From Dipteris shenzhenensis (taxonomy: Eukaryota), in the NCBI GenBank assembly GCA_047967505.1, contig CM106538.1: 64,000 nt of DNA; one strand, 5' to 3'. Each line of letters opens with the position of its first letter. The first letter of the stretch is position 1. This document shows, piece by piece, positions 35,433-48,259 of this stretch. Position numbers and translations under genes: made by a program. The notes under the pieces were generated by a model. The model searched no databases. It was given only the letters and a program-made list of their open reading frames with translations, and was not told the origin of the DNA.

Positions 35433-36774
35433 GTGTGCTTCTATTTACTCAGTTTCAAGGCCTTCAATGCCTTTTTTCGCCCCTAATCATGCAAGTCTGA
35501 TTCTAGATTTTCTTTTATCTGTTGGCATAGCTGCCTTCATTGAAATGATGGAAGCTGAATCCTCGCTAGCATGTGTTCTGTTTTCTTCATGCAATTTTCA
35601 TATGGAATTCATATGTGACATTCTATAGCTTATTGAGAATAGCTAGGGGCATAAGCTTATGGCTGCCCAAAAATGTGAGTACATGCAAACAAAAGCAGTG
35701 GAGGTTGCTCCAATATTTTAGCAGATCTGCAATAAATTTGTAGCATTGTTGCATTATGTCCATTTATATTGTCTAGTGAACAGGAGGATCTATGAGTGAC
35801 TTCAATCGAGATCATACAGAGCTTCTTAGTTTTATAATTGAAGGGAAATTGCAGGTTTATGCGAGTCTATTTTGTGAAGCATTGTAGTTGTATTATTATT
35901 CAATGTTTTGGATTGCTTTATTTCTTTCAAAAGACAAAAAAAAGGAAAGATTTTAGTTTGGAATCCAATTCATGAGCTGGCATCTTTTTCATACTGGGAG
36001 GTCTAGCAATGGAAGGACCCTTTTGAATGCAGACAAATTTACCTACCCAGTTTTCGAAGTGGTAGCATTCCTTATGGAGGCCCTAATAGGAAAGCCTTTC
36101 TATAACGAATGTTGATATGCTTGTGAGTATGTGGAGAACACAAGTGAAGACAAGTAGGTTTAGATGGAGTTTGATGAAGCTAGTGAGAAATCATGGTGGC
36201 TAAGCCCTTTGATGTATCTTGGTTTTTTAGAAATCTAGTCATGATTGTATCAATTCTTGAATCTATCATCGTTGTATCAATTCTAGTGATCATTGGATCA
36301 ATTCTTGAATCACCAACTTGTCATCATTCTAGTCAATTTTTTGGAAAACTAGTCATCATTGTTTCAATCCTTGATCACCAACTTTAAGATCCAAGAAATT
36401 GATCAAGCCACATATCTACTACCCAATGAAGGTGATATTATTCCATTTAGAGAAATGCCCAACCATTACTTTATGATTCCCCCATATGGACATATGTGGT
36501 CGATGCTCGTTCGTGCTGCGAGTTCAACATGGAGCTATAGCATTGCAACCAGATCTCCAAGGCAGCTTATCTTGGCCTAAAATGGCACTTATCATAGTGT
36601 TTTTCGAGAGCTTCTAATCTTGCAGGAGTCGATTGTCTCATCATGCAGGGCATCCCCTTGTACCATCATTGCACAAATCTTGTAGAATCCCTCTTCTTCA
36701 ACATGTCGAGCAATCACCTTATCTGTCGCTTTGGGCTTCCAATTGAGGATTGGCTGCATTTCCACCAGAAGTGA

Positions 36775-36867
36775 TTCGTTTTAGGGTTTCAAGGCTGATT
36801 AACAGTTCGTTTTAGGGTTTTAAGGCTGATTACCAGCTCGTGTTAGGGTTTCTAGTCCGATTACAGC
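36775..36867. repeat. Three 31-bp tandem units each containing TAGGGTTT
   Basis: ttcgttttagggtttcaaggctgattaacag occurs three times, with divergence. Confidence 0.8.
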
Positions 36868-36959
36868 ATCATACTTATCCTTACCATAAGCATGTCGAGA
36901 AGTACTCCCAAAACTATGGGCATTGTCATATTTGGGCTTATATTTTTATTTGCCCTTCG

Positions 36960-38831
36960 TCAAAATGCTTGTTCCACGCTACGAGTATGTGATGACATAT
37001 TCTTTGTAATCTGCTCCTCCTATAAGAAGAGTCCCAATAACTCCTAAAAAGTGAGAGGATTATGATCTTCCCTCATAGATAAATTGAGCGATGTATGGAA
37101 AGAAAGATAAGACTCTAGTAGGGAGTTCAAAGTAGTAGAAACAAGTTGTGAATTTGGAGTGACTTCATCTATATCCAAGAGTTGCTCCTGCAAATCTTGA
37201 ATTGTAGTGACATGGTTTGCCATAGAATGCCCTTCATTGTGCACAGATCAAGCTCCCTACACAAGAATGAGACTCTAGCCTTATTGCAAGCTTGACACAT
37301 GGCTTCCAAAATATCCCAAGAAGTTTTTGAAGTCGGGTAGGACCAAATATGAGGAATGATAAACCTCTTTACTAAAATTAAAATAAAGGATAAGGCCTAT
37401 GTATCACGAGTATTCCACCTCCTCTGCTCATTATGACACCTGCAGGTGCTTGTCCAATCGGTTTGTTGCCCTTGTTGCCCACATCCTACGCCACCACCAT
37501 GACCCTCCCCCTTGTTGTGGAGGAGTGCTTGGCGCAATTGGACTGGGATGGGCTTCATCGTTTGTGACATAGTCCCAAAGGCCCTAGGCAACCAGTCCCA
37601 AAAGCCCTTGGCGAACAAAAGATTCCTGACCATAAACTCTGGAGATAATGGAATAGTTGGTGCCATCCAACCTATCGTCCTGGTTAAGCATGCCAAAAAT
37701 GTCATTTGGTTACTCTGTGCCATCTTGAGCAAATGAAAAAGAGACAAAAAAATTCAGACGAGTTCATGTTCTGTGAACAGCCTGCACAAGCAAAAAATGC
37801 TCACTTTTAAAGCCAATACTTGGCTTGAGGATGCACCTCAAAACAGTCAAAAGACTCCCTTGCTGGGAAGTGTATTGCGCACACACAATCTTTGCCCAAG
37901 CTTAGCCGATGGTTGGCTAAACAAAATATATACCCACTGGAAATCAACTCTTTTCTCACCAAAATTATCTGGACTCAATGTGGGCTGTTCATGCACTTAC
38001 GGGTGCAATAGCAAGCTGTCCCTTCACAAGACTGCCGGAAACAGGTCCAAACCACCAAAATGGCAGCTCCGAAAGCCTAAAAACAGTCATCAAATGAGTT
38101 TCAGCAGCTGATAAACAGCACAACAGTCCCAAAAATGACCTTAGAGCATGTGCTATGTGGAAGAAACAGGTTTCAAACTGATGCTGCAGGTCCAAAACTG
38201 TCAAAAAAGCAAGCAAAACTCCTCCAAAAAGAGACGTCCTGCTGTAAAACCTGTAGGAGGTGAAAGAACTGCAAATGAACAGTTTGACCTGTTCTGGGAC
38301 TGAGAAAACAGCTTCGAAACATCCAAAGAACCAATCGCTTGCTGAGAAATCAGCACTAGAGAACTTCAAATCAAGCTGCCTAGGAAGTGCCTGATTTTGA
38401 CAGCTAAAAGGGCTCCAAAAGGTTGCAGAAATAGATTGACTAGCAGAGAAAACACCTCAAAATCAGTCGCACAGCTCCAAAGTCAAAATCAGCTGTAGAA
38501 GAGTCGCCTAGTCTGGAAATAGCTTCTAGTTAGGTCCCCTTGCCCTGGACAGCTCCTGAATGCAGTCTGCCTTCAAAAACAAGATGGAGGCTGAAAGTTT
38601 TTGTGATCAAATCGAAGGGAAGCTGGCTTTAATACAAAAGAGAACACTAGCGTGGTCACGGAGAGAAAACCCTAGGATGGACCCTAACTAGGGTCAATAC
38701 ATGTGTGGTGACAACTCACCCACAAACTCAACCTCTAACTGAGATTTGGGGGAAAAACCCTTATAAAGGGGAAAAGTTCCCCTAGCCCCTTATTACATTA
38801 GCCATTGCCTTAGAGATTAATATTTCTAGCA
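36960..38831 (-). mobile_element. Truncated Copia related to the young element (5' LTR, leader, gag)
   Basis: Reverse complement from 38831 (TGCTAGAAAT...GGGGAACTTTTCCC...GGTTTTTCCCCC) resembles the 24385 LTR; gag IQDLQEQLLDIDE..TTLNSLLESYLSFHTSLNLS. Confidence 0.75.
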
Positions 38832-38949
38832 AATGAGAGATATATATTTGTGAGCGTATTTTTATTCTGCACTTGAAAAAAATTAAACTTTCACTTGATC
38901 TTGTTTAAAAGCATAAAGCTTCTTTTAATAATTTAATGGGGTAATTTAA

Positions 38950-41900
38950 AGGTGTTGTTTTGGTCTGACTTGCTTGATGGTGTACCCTCTAAGAGAGAAG
39001 TAGATAAAAAAATAGATATATTTTGCAGATCTACCCTTTTTTATAGAACTCCTTGTAGACTAAGTCGGGCGGAACAATGTGAGGTAGAAAGACAACTAAC
39101 TGAATATCTTAGAAAAGGTTAAATTAAACCAAGTAGCTCACCTTGGTCTTCACTAGTATTACTGGTTAAGAAAAAGGATGGTACGGTGCACTTATACATA
39201 GATTATCGAGATTTAAATAGAATCACAATAACAAATAAATATCCTATGGTCACATTGATGAGCTCTTCGATCAATTGCAAGGGACTAAATACTTTTACTA
39301 AAATTGATCTTAAGATTTGGATATCACCAAGTACAAATTAGAGAAGAAGATGTATCCAAAACATCCTTTAATACCAGGTACAGGCATTATTAATTAGAGT
39401 AATGCCGTTTGGTTTAACTAATGCTCTAGGACATTTATGGCACTTTTGAACAGTGTCTTAAGGTCATATTTAGGAAAATTTTGATATAGTACTTTTTGAT
39501 GATGTCCTTATCTATGCTAAAGCAAACAACAGAGTATATGGAACATTTGAGAAAAGTGTTGCAGTTGCTTAAACACAACTCTCTTTTTGCGGGTTGAATT
39601 CTTTTCAAAAGAAAAATGGTACTTGGGACATATTATATCCCAAGAAGGGATTTGTATGGATCTTGGAACGATAAGGGTCATACTGGAATGGCCACATCGT
39701 ATTAACTTAGAGGATTCTTATTGAGTTTATAAGTATGAAGTACATGTATTCTTAGGTTTGTTTGGATTTTATAGGACATTCATCCAATGGCAAGCTAAGA
39801 TAGCTGCGTCGGTGACGGATTAAGTTAAAAGAAAGGGAAGTACCTTCATATGATATGAACCTTCAAAGGAGTTTTGAAAAGTTAGATATACCTATAGCTG
39901 TAGGTCTTGTCTTAAAGGTAGTGGATCCTAATGAACCATTTGTGGTTGAAATAAGTGCCAGTGATTTCGCTGTCGCAGTGGTACTTTTACAGTAGTTTTT
40001 GAAAGCAAAAACTTAGGCCCACTCAACAGAATTACTCGGCATACGAGAAGGATTAATATGCTATAGTTTATGCATTTAAAGAAATGGAGGTACGCTAAAT
40101 TTGAGATCATTCTAACAAAGAAAGTATCAAATGCATTTGCAATCAGCGAGGGCTTAAAGGAAGAAAAGATAGGTAGAATGAATGAATGCAAGAATTTGAT
40201 ATTCTATTGAGATATCAAATGGGGAGCAGATTCCCTAAGCCCAATGCCAATGGTTGATGAATTGACTTTTACTCATTTACAAAATGATTTCCTCGAGTCT
40301 TCAAAAGAAAAATGTGAGTTTGATCCTCACTTTTTTGAACATGTAAGGAAATTATGAGGAATCTAACAGATGAGGAGCTTTCATTGAGGAGTCACAAGGA
40401 AACGTTGGCACATCACAGGTGGTGATAAAGAACTCAAGCAAAAAAAAAAAAGAGTATCAAAGGTGGCTACCTACTCTACAAAGGTATAGTATGTGTCTCG
40501 GATAATAATGACATTAGGCACCAAATGCTTTTTGAGTGTTATGATAGTCCCGGTGTAGGGTACTTGGGAATTTAAATGACATATGCACTTTTGAAAAGAT
40601 AACTCTTCTGGCTTGGAATAGATAAGGACGTCCAAGGTTATGTATTAAAATGCTAGGCTAATAATGCTAAACATTTGAGGGTAGGTAGTTTGCTACATTT
40701 TTTGGAGATCCCGTCTTGTAAATAAGAAAGTATCTCCATGGAGTGGATTGTTGGATTACTTGGGACATAGAGAGGACACAACTTTGTGTGGTTATCGTGG
40801 ATTGGTTGAGCGAAATAGCCCAATTTAGTTACACTGTAAGTAATGCCAGGCAGTTTTAGATTAGTTGCAGAGGTTGGAGATCTTCTAAAGCTCCTCATTG
40901 GGAAATTTTCAGATTTCTATCGATTTGCAGAGAGTTTTCAGGAGAAGACTATGGAAATCCTACAGGAATAGAAAGTTCACTCTATTCTTTTAGCTTTGTA
41001 TTCATGGTGGGATTGGATTTAATTTGTGGAGATCCAGGTTTGGGCCGGGCTATATGTGTCTTTATTGCCACTCTGCAGTGGAATCAGTTCAGCATTGTTA
41101 AGGGGGCTGCAGATAGACGAGGATCATTTGGAAAGGGATTACTAGGATTTTCAGCACCTTCTCCAAGCACCCTTGCTTCATGACCTAGGGTTCAGTTTCT
41201 TGGATTTCCCTTTCAGGCCCGATGTAATTTAGGAGAGGCATTGGCTTTCTCGATTCGATGACACTTAGTAAAGTCATGCCCTCTGGATGATGTACTAGCC
41301 CTACCTTTTAGAGGGGTACATGCTTTGGTAGGTTCCTCCTGGGAGATTCTAGCAAGCATCTCAACATGGCATATCTGTGGAGCTAGATGCATAGAGGCTT
41401 TAGACCATTCCGGGTTCACCCATCTCATACTTTGGCTAGTATTTGGACAAATACTATACATACATTGATGGCCACTCGGATGAGCATGCAGGGATCCTCT
41501 AGAGCGGCCTCTGCTAGGAGAGCTATGTTCTTTAGGGATTGGAGAGGCTCCCTATTCTTCTCGGAGGCTTCTACAGTGTTGTGGTGGCATTTTCAGGCTC
41601 ATCTTTGGATTTCCTACCTCATTTTGAGGAGTGTTTTTGGCATTTTATTTCATGCTAATCTAGCTAAAAATAGCATTAGAAAGGCTCAAGATAGAGAAAA
41701 AATGATTCAAACTTACACTGTAAAACGTTGGAGTTCGAAGGAAAAGAGAAAGTCTATCTTAGGGTGCTAGAATCTCCAAAAACCCTAGAGACAGGTAAAT
41801 GTCTAAGGTTATCTCCTAGGTATTGTGGACCATCTCTAATACTTGAGAGAATTAGAGCACTTGCTTACAAATTAGCCTTACTAGAAGAATGTAGAGTACA

Positions 41901-42550
41901 TCTAGTTTTTCATTCAAGTAGGCTCAAAAGAAATTAGGAGATGATGATAATCTCATTAAAATCAAATCCTAGTTGAACTCATTGAACTTGCGTCATTAAC
42001 ACATGAGCAAAAAAAGTGGTAGTTAGGCAAGAAAAAAGAAGAAGACATACACGATATCAAAATGTTTGGTTAAGTGGAAGGATAGACCTAAAGAGTGTTC
42101 AACATGGGAAATGGTAAGCTATCTCAATAGGAGGTTTACCAATTTTGTTTTCAAGGACAAAAACCATTCTTAAGGGGAAGGGAATGTTATGTCAACCATA
42201 ATCGTGGAAGCCTATCATTTGGTTAGGTGAGGTGGGAAACCAGGAGGGCTTGACATCATCTACTAAGGTGGGATGTTAAGAGATATGACCATTTGATATT
42301 GGAATGTCATAATGTGTAAAAGGGCTATGGACCAGAGTTAATCTTTAGGCATAGGCATTAATTATGAGTATGCATATGAAAGGCCTCAAAGGAGACTAAA
42401 GGCAAAAAGGTGGATGTAACATTAGAGACACATGGCACCCAAGGAATGTCCCAAATGGAGGTATCAGGTTTAGGGGAGGAATTTGGAAAGGGAGTCATCT
42501 TAAAGGGCGGCCTTGAGAGAAAGAGACCGCACATAAAGACACAGAAATCA
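38950..42550 (+). mobile_element. Degenerate chromovirus-type Gypsy pol with PPT and start of 3' LTR; interrupted by ~0.7 kb of other sequence (~40900-41640)
   Basis: IKPSSSPWSSLVLLVKKKDG..YIDYRDLN (39120-39220); LSPRYCGP..AYKLAL; VKWKD..STWE; PPT AAGGGGAAGGGAA 42172-42184 followed by TG. Confidence 0.75.
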
Positions 42551-44555
42551 AGAGGCAGCTCGAGAACTGGCATCCATGGCCCGAAGGAATGAAAAAGGAA
42601 AGCCCTCATATCTGTTCTTTTGTAATACACTTCTTCTTTTTCTTCGAATTTCCCAAATTGTCTTCTTTGGAGTCTCCATCACATTGAGGCTTACCCTTCG
42701 CTTTCCCCATTGCAAGAAAAGCCTTGTCATCGATCCATCGATTCTTCTGGCGAGCTTCTTCTTGCAAGAGTAGGGGCAAAGCTCTTCAACTGTAACCGGA
42801 GCCGACCGTTGCATTGCAATCATGGTTGTCAGAAAACCTTTGTAGCCCCCTGGGAGCATGTCAAACAAAATCTTGGCTACCCTAGATGAATCGGTTTGTT
42901 GACCAATTTCCAAGAGATCTTTGTGATGTGGCCCTATACCGAGTCCCCCCATCCTTCTTCCTGTTGTAAAGTTTGTCTTGATGTCAAGGACTCTGGCTAG
43001 AGGTTGATCTTATACATGTCCTTTAGAATGGTCCACGCTTGAAACACCGTATCGACAAGCTGAATATGCAAGAGGGATGAGTCTGCAATTGTGCGGGCCT
43101 CTGCCTCATGCAGTACCTAATCTATGACTGCAATAGGATTTGCTGGTGTTACCACCACGCCTGTAGCATTCATGATGTCATGGGGCCTCAGCTCCACTCC
43201 TGTTGTTATCTCCGTAATCACCCTCACCACTAGGTGGCTCCATCTTCCAGATTGGGTAATTTGTACCATCAAGCTTTCCCAAGTCCCCAAAGCTTGGGAT
43301 GGGTAGTGTGCTGGCCATGACAAGGATGTGAAAGGCTCCGGAGGAGACTGGACACTTGTTTAGACACTGTCAACTATTGTATGTCACTGACAATGAAGTC
43401 GCCTCTTTCTCATGAGGGTCTCTTTGCTTTAGTCCTTGGGATGTATCACAACAGTTGCACAAGAGCCTCTGATACATGTCAGAGTTCAACTGTAGCACCT
43501 GTATGAAGCAGAAAACAAACATGAACTCTTTCCAAAACCCAACCAACAGTATGCTATAAATGAACCCACAGTAACATAGATATGCAAGAGATAAGGAAGC
43601 ACAAAGAACTGCACAATATACCCAGTCTATTCCTCCACTGATGTGCGAAAACATTATCTCAAGGATGAGCACTAAACCTCCAATGGGTGTTGGGTAGCCA
43701 GGTGTGGCTGATAGAAGATGGAGAGAGGAGGAAGGCTGCTGCCTCTGTGCATTGCTCTTGCAGGCCTCGGTGAAGAGGGCTTCAGTGGGATGGATAACTG
43801 AGGCAAGAGCCTCTGTTTTATAGGGCATTCCAGCCCTAAACCTGGCTGACCAAGTTCAGCTGACCCGATCTGGATCAGATCCAGCTGATGAGAACAGGTC
43901 AACTTGGTCTGTGAAAAAGTCAAGCGACTTGGTCAACACATTGACCAAACCAGGTGGCTGACCTTAACTGTCAGTTTTGTCGACTGAACAGGTCAGTCTT
44001 CCACGCCTTCCAGTGCCTGCATCTCTACTCCATATCTGTTGCTCCTACTGGTTGCAATCTGCAACTCCGATTCTCTGGCAGTCACCTTTGTTTGGAGACT
44101 GCAATAGTTGCATGACAAAGTCCTAGAAATTAGTTCCTTCTCGGAAATGACTTCATTAATATTTAGGGGTTGCTTCCAAAGATCCTAGATCTTTGTGAGA
44201 TGATCAGCCATGATTTCACCTTTATGCATCTCTAAATCCTTAAGCAACTCTTGAGAAAAGCAACTCCTGCCTCATTCTTGGCCTGATACATGGTCTCAAG
44301 GATCTCCCATGATGCTGGGAAGTCTTGCATGAATGGATGTGAGAATGATGGAATTTCTGCTCTTTCTCGCAAATGTCAACTTGTTTGCAAAAAGCAAATT
44401 TCAGGCAAGAGCCTTAAATTTTAGAGACAAATAGTTCTGAAATCGACAGAAGCCGTGAATTTCACACTCAATCTAAGTGATTTAAATTGCCTAAATGATG
44501 AAATCTGCAAATCTGTTTGAAATCTGCAGAGTCCCTAAAAACGGCAATGCCAACA
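42550..44555 (-). mobile_element. Truncated Copia (putative ~1.08-kb 5' LTR 43477-44555, degenerate PBS, gag remnant)
   Basis: Minus strand begins TGTTGGCATTG at 44555; TGTATCAGAG next to 43477; gag KLDGTNYPIWK at ~43277-43245 and a knuckle-like segment near 42600. Confidence 0.6.
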
Positions 44556-45490
44556 AGGCATAATACTCCAAATGCCTAAATGTAGCGATTGAATCTAGTT
44601 GCAAATATGAAAGCAAACAGGTTGCAAGGATGAACAGAGTGACATAAAATAGGTCGCACATGGAGATGGCTCATGAGGAGTTAGAGGGAGCACAACAAAA
44701 GAGGTGGCTTTGGCAAGCAAGTTGGCTGTGCAGCGCGATGAATAGAGCGACAACACCCTAAACCCTAGAAGATGAATATAGGTCATGTCATTCACAGAGT
44801 GAGGTGGATGGTGGCTTTGTGTATAAGTATTTCCTCCCGAACCAAGAAACTGACGCAGATTGGTGGCTTTCTATGTATGTAATTTCTCCCAAATGCATGA
44901 TTGTATCAACAACTAGAAGTCACTTCCACCCTTCCTTCATTGTGTATTGGTTTGTTGAAGGACCTTTTCCTAAGGCAGGACTACCTTGAGCAGTAGAGGA
45001 ATAGGGCTTTGATATCAAAACGTTGGAAATGGGGATAAGAACACAGAAAATGGAGATGCATTGAAATGCAAGAGTTGTGTTATAAAGACTGACCAAAATG
45101 AGGTATATATTCTCTGTAAAGGAAGCTAAACCTAGGGTGAAAAACCTTCTAACTGAGGGTGTGTTCACATAAAAGACATGGTATTTGTTGCTTGCTTCCA
45201 TAGGTTGGTTTGTCAATTAGTAAATTGTGTTCACCGTATCCATAATGAAAATAAATTTTCCTTTGTTGCTTCAAGAATTTTTACCCTTGAGTGTTTCTTT
45301 TATTTGCAAGATGTATACGGATCTAAGGAGTCAACGTAATGGATTTCAGTTCTAGTTTTTAATTTAAGAAAAGCCATGGCACAGAGCGGCTAGGGGAAGC
45401 TTTGATAATTCATCTGGGACCTTCAAATCAAGTTTCCTTGCTTTAGGAACAAGGTGTCAAGTTGTATCTAACATATTGAGAGTACCACAG

Positions 45491-45608
45491 GTTTCTTTCA
45501 AAGGATTCTCCTCTTATTAGAGCATATGGTGCAGTACGTTTCAATGCTGACATGGAGCCATCGGTAGAGTGGAAGCCTTTTGGTTCTTTCTATTTCTTCA
45601 TACCTCAG
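45491..45608 (+). CDS. ICS: ICS/PHYLLO-like gene exon 5
   Basis: FLSKDSPLIRAYGAVRFNADMEPSVEWKPFGSFYFFIPQ is a highly typical plant ICS segment; CAG acceptor and GTGAG donor. Confidence 0.93.
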
Positions 45609-47139
45609 GTGAGTATCCATGCCTCTTCTTGTTATAGAAGGCATGATCCTGTTTTGGATTCTTTTTAGTGTCTTTCTTCATGTGATACATGTAAATACAC
45701 CAATGTTTTGATTACCTGATACATTCTCAAGGCGATCTAGTCGTTTCCTAATCCTATGAATAGTACATAAGTTTTATTCGGTCCTTGAAGGTGTGTATTT
45801 TAGGGATTTGCTCATAATATGTCCCTTAGATTATTGATTAGACTTGGTTATCAATACATGCTCTGATGTTAACTACAGATAGATCAATATTTTGTATTGT
45901 TTTTCGAAGTAGACATAATGTTTATAACTAAAGTTCAGAGAATAGACTTCCTTTTTTGCTGTGGACTATCGGATGGATGCATCACCGTTCTAAGGCACTT
46001 GTAAACCTACATCAATCCCTCGCGTGTAAAATGAGAGAAGCGTATAGCCCAAACTTGTCCAAAGATAAAGCAGACAGAAAGCTAGTCTGATGTGAAGGGC
46101 ATAAGGCAGTGGTATCCCCTCTGAAGATTAAACAATCACCACAATTTTGTAGGTTTTTGTTTGTCACTGCAATGAATGTAGTAACAATATTTTACAATGG
46201 TAACACTGCAACAATGAATGTAGTAACAATATTTTACAATGGTAGAGGCATTTATCAAGGCTATAGCCAGCAGGTTAATGGCCCAGGGTGGTTTTATAGA
46301 TACAAATGAGAATTCATATGTATTGTCTAGGCCATGAGTGGACTGCATGTTAAGCGCCTATTAGATGCTATTCAAGCTAGGCCTTCAAGTGCCAAGGCTT
46401 CTTTATATGCGACCCTCTCATGTTTGTAGTTTCATTGTTAGGTTGTATTCTGAATTCACATTAGTGAACTCAGTGCTTATATATACCCCCTCCATATGGC
46501 ATCCTTTTCTTACTACTACTACACCTAATCCATTTCAAAATATTTGCGAGCGAACAATACAAAATCCTTCATGTGACTTTGATCTCTTGTTTTCCAGTCT
46601 GTACTCCATGCATTTGCTTTAGTAATTATAGATATCCATACTTTTGCAATGTAGTTGTGAACAGCGACTTGACACATGCTAATTTGTTTCCCAAAGCTTC
46701 TAAATAGAAATTTTCAGAATGAAGCCTGCATGTGGAAATGTGCCTCTTGAATATCAACAGATTGGTAAGTTGTTGAAAACTGTGATGGCATGGCTTTTTT
46801 TGTATTAGTACAATAGGTAATTTGAGATAAGTTGCAGATCTGGAATTACTGTTTGGACATTAACTCAAGGGCATGCAATATCTGTGCAGTTCTGTTGAAT
46901 GCTTTATGCTTGTATTTTGTACTTGAAACATTTGCTTGCAGGGCACAAGAATGTGGCATCCTTAGTTATATTTGAACCAAAACTTTCCTCTCCACTTATA
47001 AGTTCTCATTTTAGCTCTGGTTGCCCTTTATGTAAAAACCTGCTGTATTTACCTTGTCCTTCAGGGCTTTGGAAATGAATTCAGTGTGTGCTTTTGTGAA
47101 ACAATATTCAATGCTTACAGTGGCTTGATGCTGCCTCAG

Positions 47140-47256
47140 GTTGAGTTTTGTGAGTGTCCGGGCTGCTCCCTTCTGGCAGTGAATATTGCATGGGATGAAG
47201 CATTGGGTTGGTCTTTCAATAATGCTGTGGCTATTGCTTTAAAGTCCCTTCTGCTG
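47140..47256 (+). CDS. ICS: ICS/PHYLLO-like gene exon 6
   Basis: VEFCECPGCSLLAVNIAWDEALGWSFNNAVAIALKSLLL resembles ICS VEF.E..G.S.LA..IAWD..L.W; donor GTATG. Confidence 0.9.
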
Positions 47257-47366
47257 GTATGACATCCTCAATGCAGAATCTACAACGCTAGATAATGGTG
47301 GAGGGACTTTTTGAACTTGGTTATGGAAAGCTTACTCTGTATTTATATATTCTGATTCCTGAACAG

Positions 47367-47567
47367 GTTTCTGATGGCATTTCTATGCCAAATGAGAGGC
47401 CCTTTCCAAGAATATTGCAAAAGGAACATGTGCCATGTGAACGAGCTTGGCATGATATAATGAAAGAACTCTTGGGAACTTTAGAATACAATGATGCAAA
47501 ACATGCATCTGCTTCAGAGAAATCTCTCCTGGATCCTTATTTTGGTGATACAATGGGGTTATCAAAG
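47367..47567 (+). CDS. ICS: ICS/PHYLLO-like gene exon 7
   Basis: VSDGISMPNERPFPRILQKEHVPCERAWHDIMKELL...GLSK ends just before the expected VVLAR motif; CAG acceptor, GTAC donor. Confidence 0.8.
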
Positions 47568-48259
47568 GTACTTTTTTTGACTGGATTGGAACTGCTAGCA
47601 AATGGTTCTTTATGATGGTTTGATGCTTCTTTCTAGGCTGGAAACAAAGGTGATGCCTTTTGTTCAGTCAACAAATTGTGCGTGAAACAATGCACATTGG
47701 ACGATAATGTAAAATTCTATCACTGGATCTTTCGAAAAGAATATACATGGTCATGAGAGTAAAGTATATGTGGTATGGATCAAATCTTTCCATGGTGATA
47801 GTAGAAAAGCCTTCTACATGATGGGAGATTCTTTTTCTTTGTCATTATCTCAAAGGTGCATAACTTTTCTTTAACTTCTTAACCCTGTAATTATATACAT
47901 AGCTATGGGAGGAATCTTCTAGTAAGTCTGTAGAAGTGTGTGTTCATACAGATGTACATACTATGCATTTGTACATATATGCAAGCGTGCATACGTAATG
48001 AACCTCAAATGCAAGTGCATGTTGACCCTCTTGACGTTGACACCTCCAAACTGTCATGGAAAGTGAGTCCGTTAGCTGTGCTTTGACTAAGCTTTTGAAG
48101 TTATGAAGAATGAATCTTTAGGTTACATTCTATGCAAATAGTGAATGCCATTATTGAAAGACCCTTATTCAGGTCTTGTGACTAAGCTGGAAGTCATGAA
48201 GGATGAATATTTATGTTACATTCTATACAAATGTTGGATGCCATTATTGAAAGACCCTG

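Larger units (their letters stand above)
11153..47567 (+). other. ICS: Span of an isochorismate synthase (MenF/ICS)-domain gene, possibly the 5' part of PHYLLO; 7 exons found, 3' end apparently outside the window
   Basis: Seven exons join with GT-AG introns and matching phases (0,0,1,2,0,0) into a 357-codon open frame resembling plant ICS/PHYLLO N-terminal regions. Confidence 0.85.
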
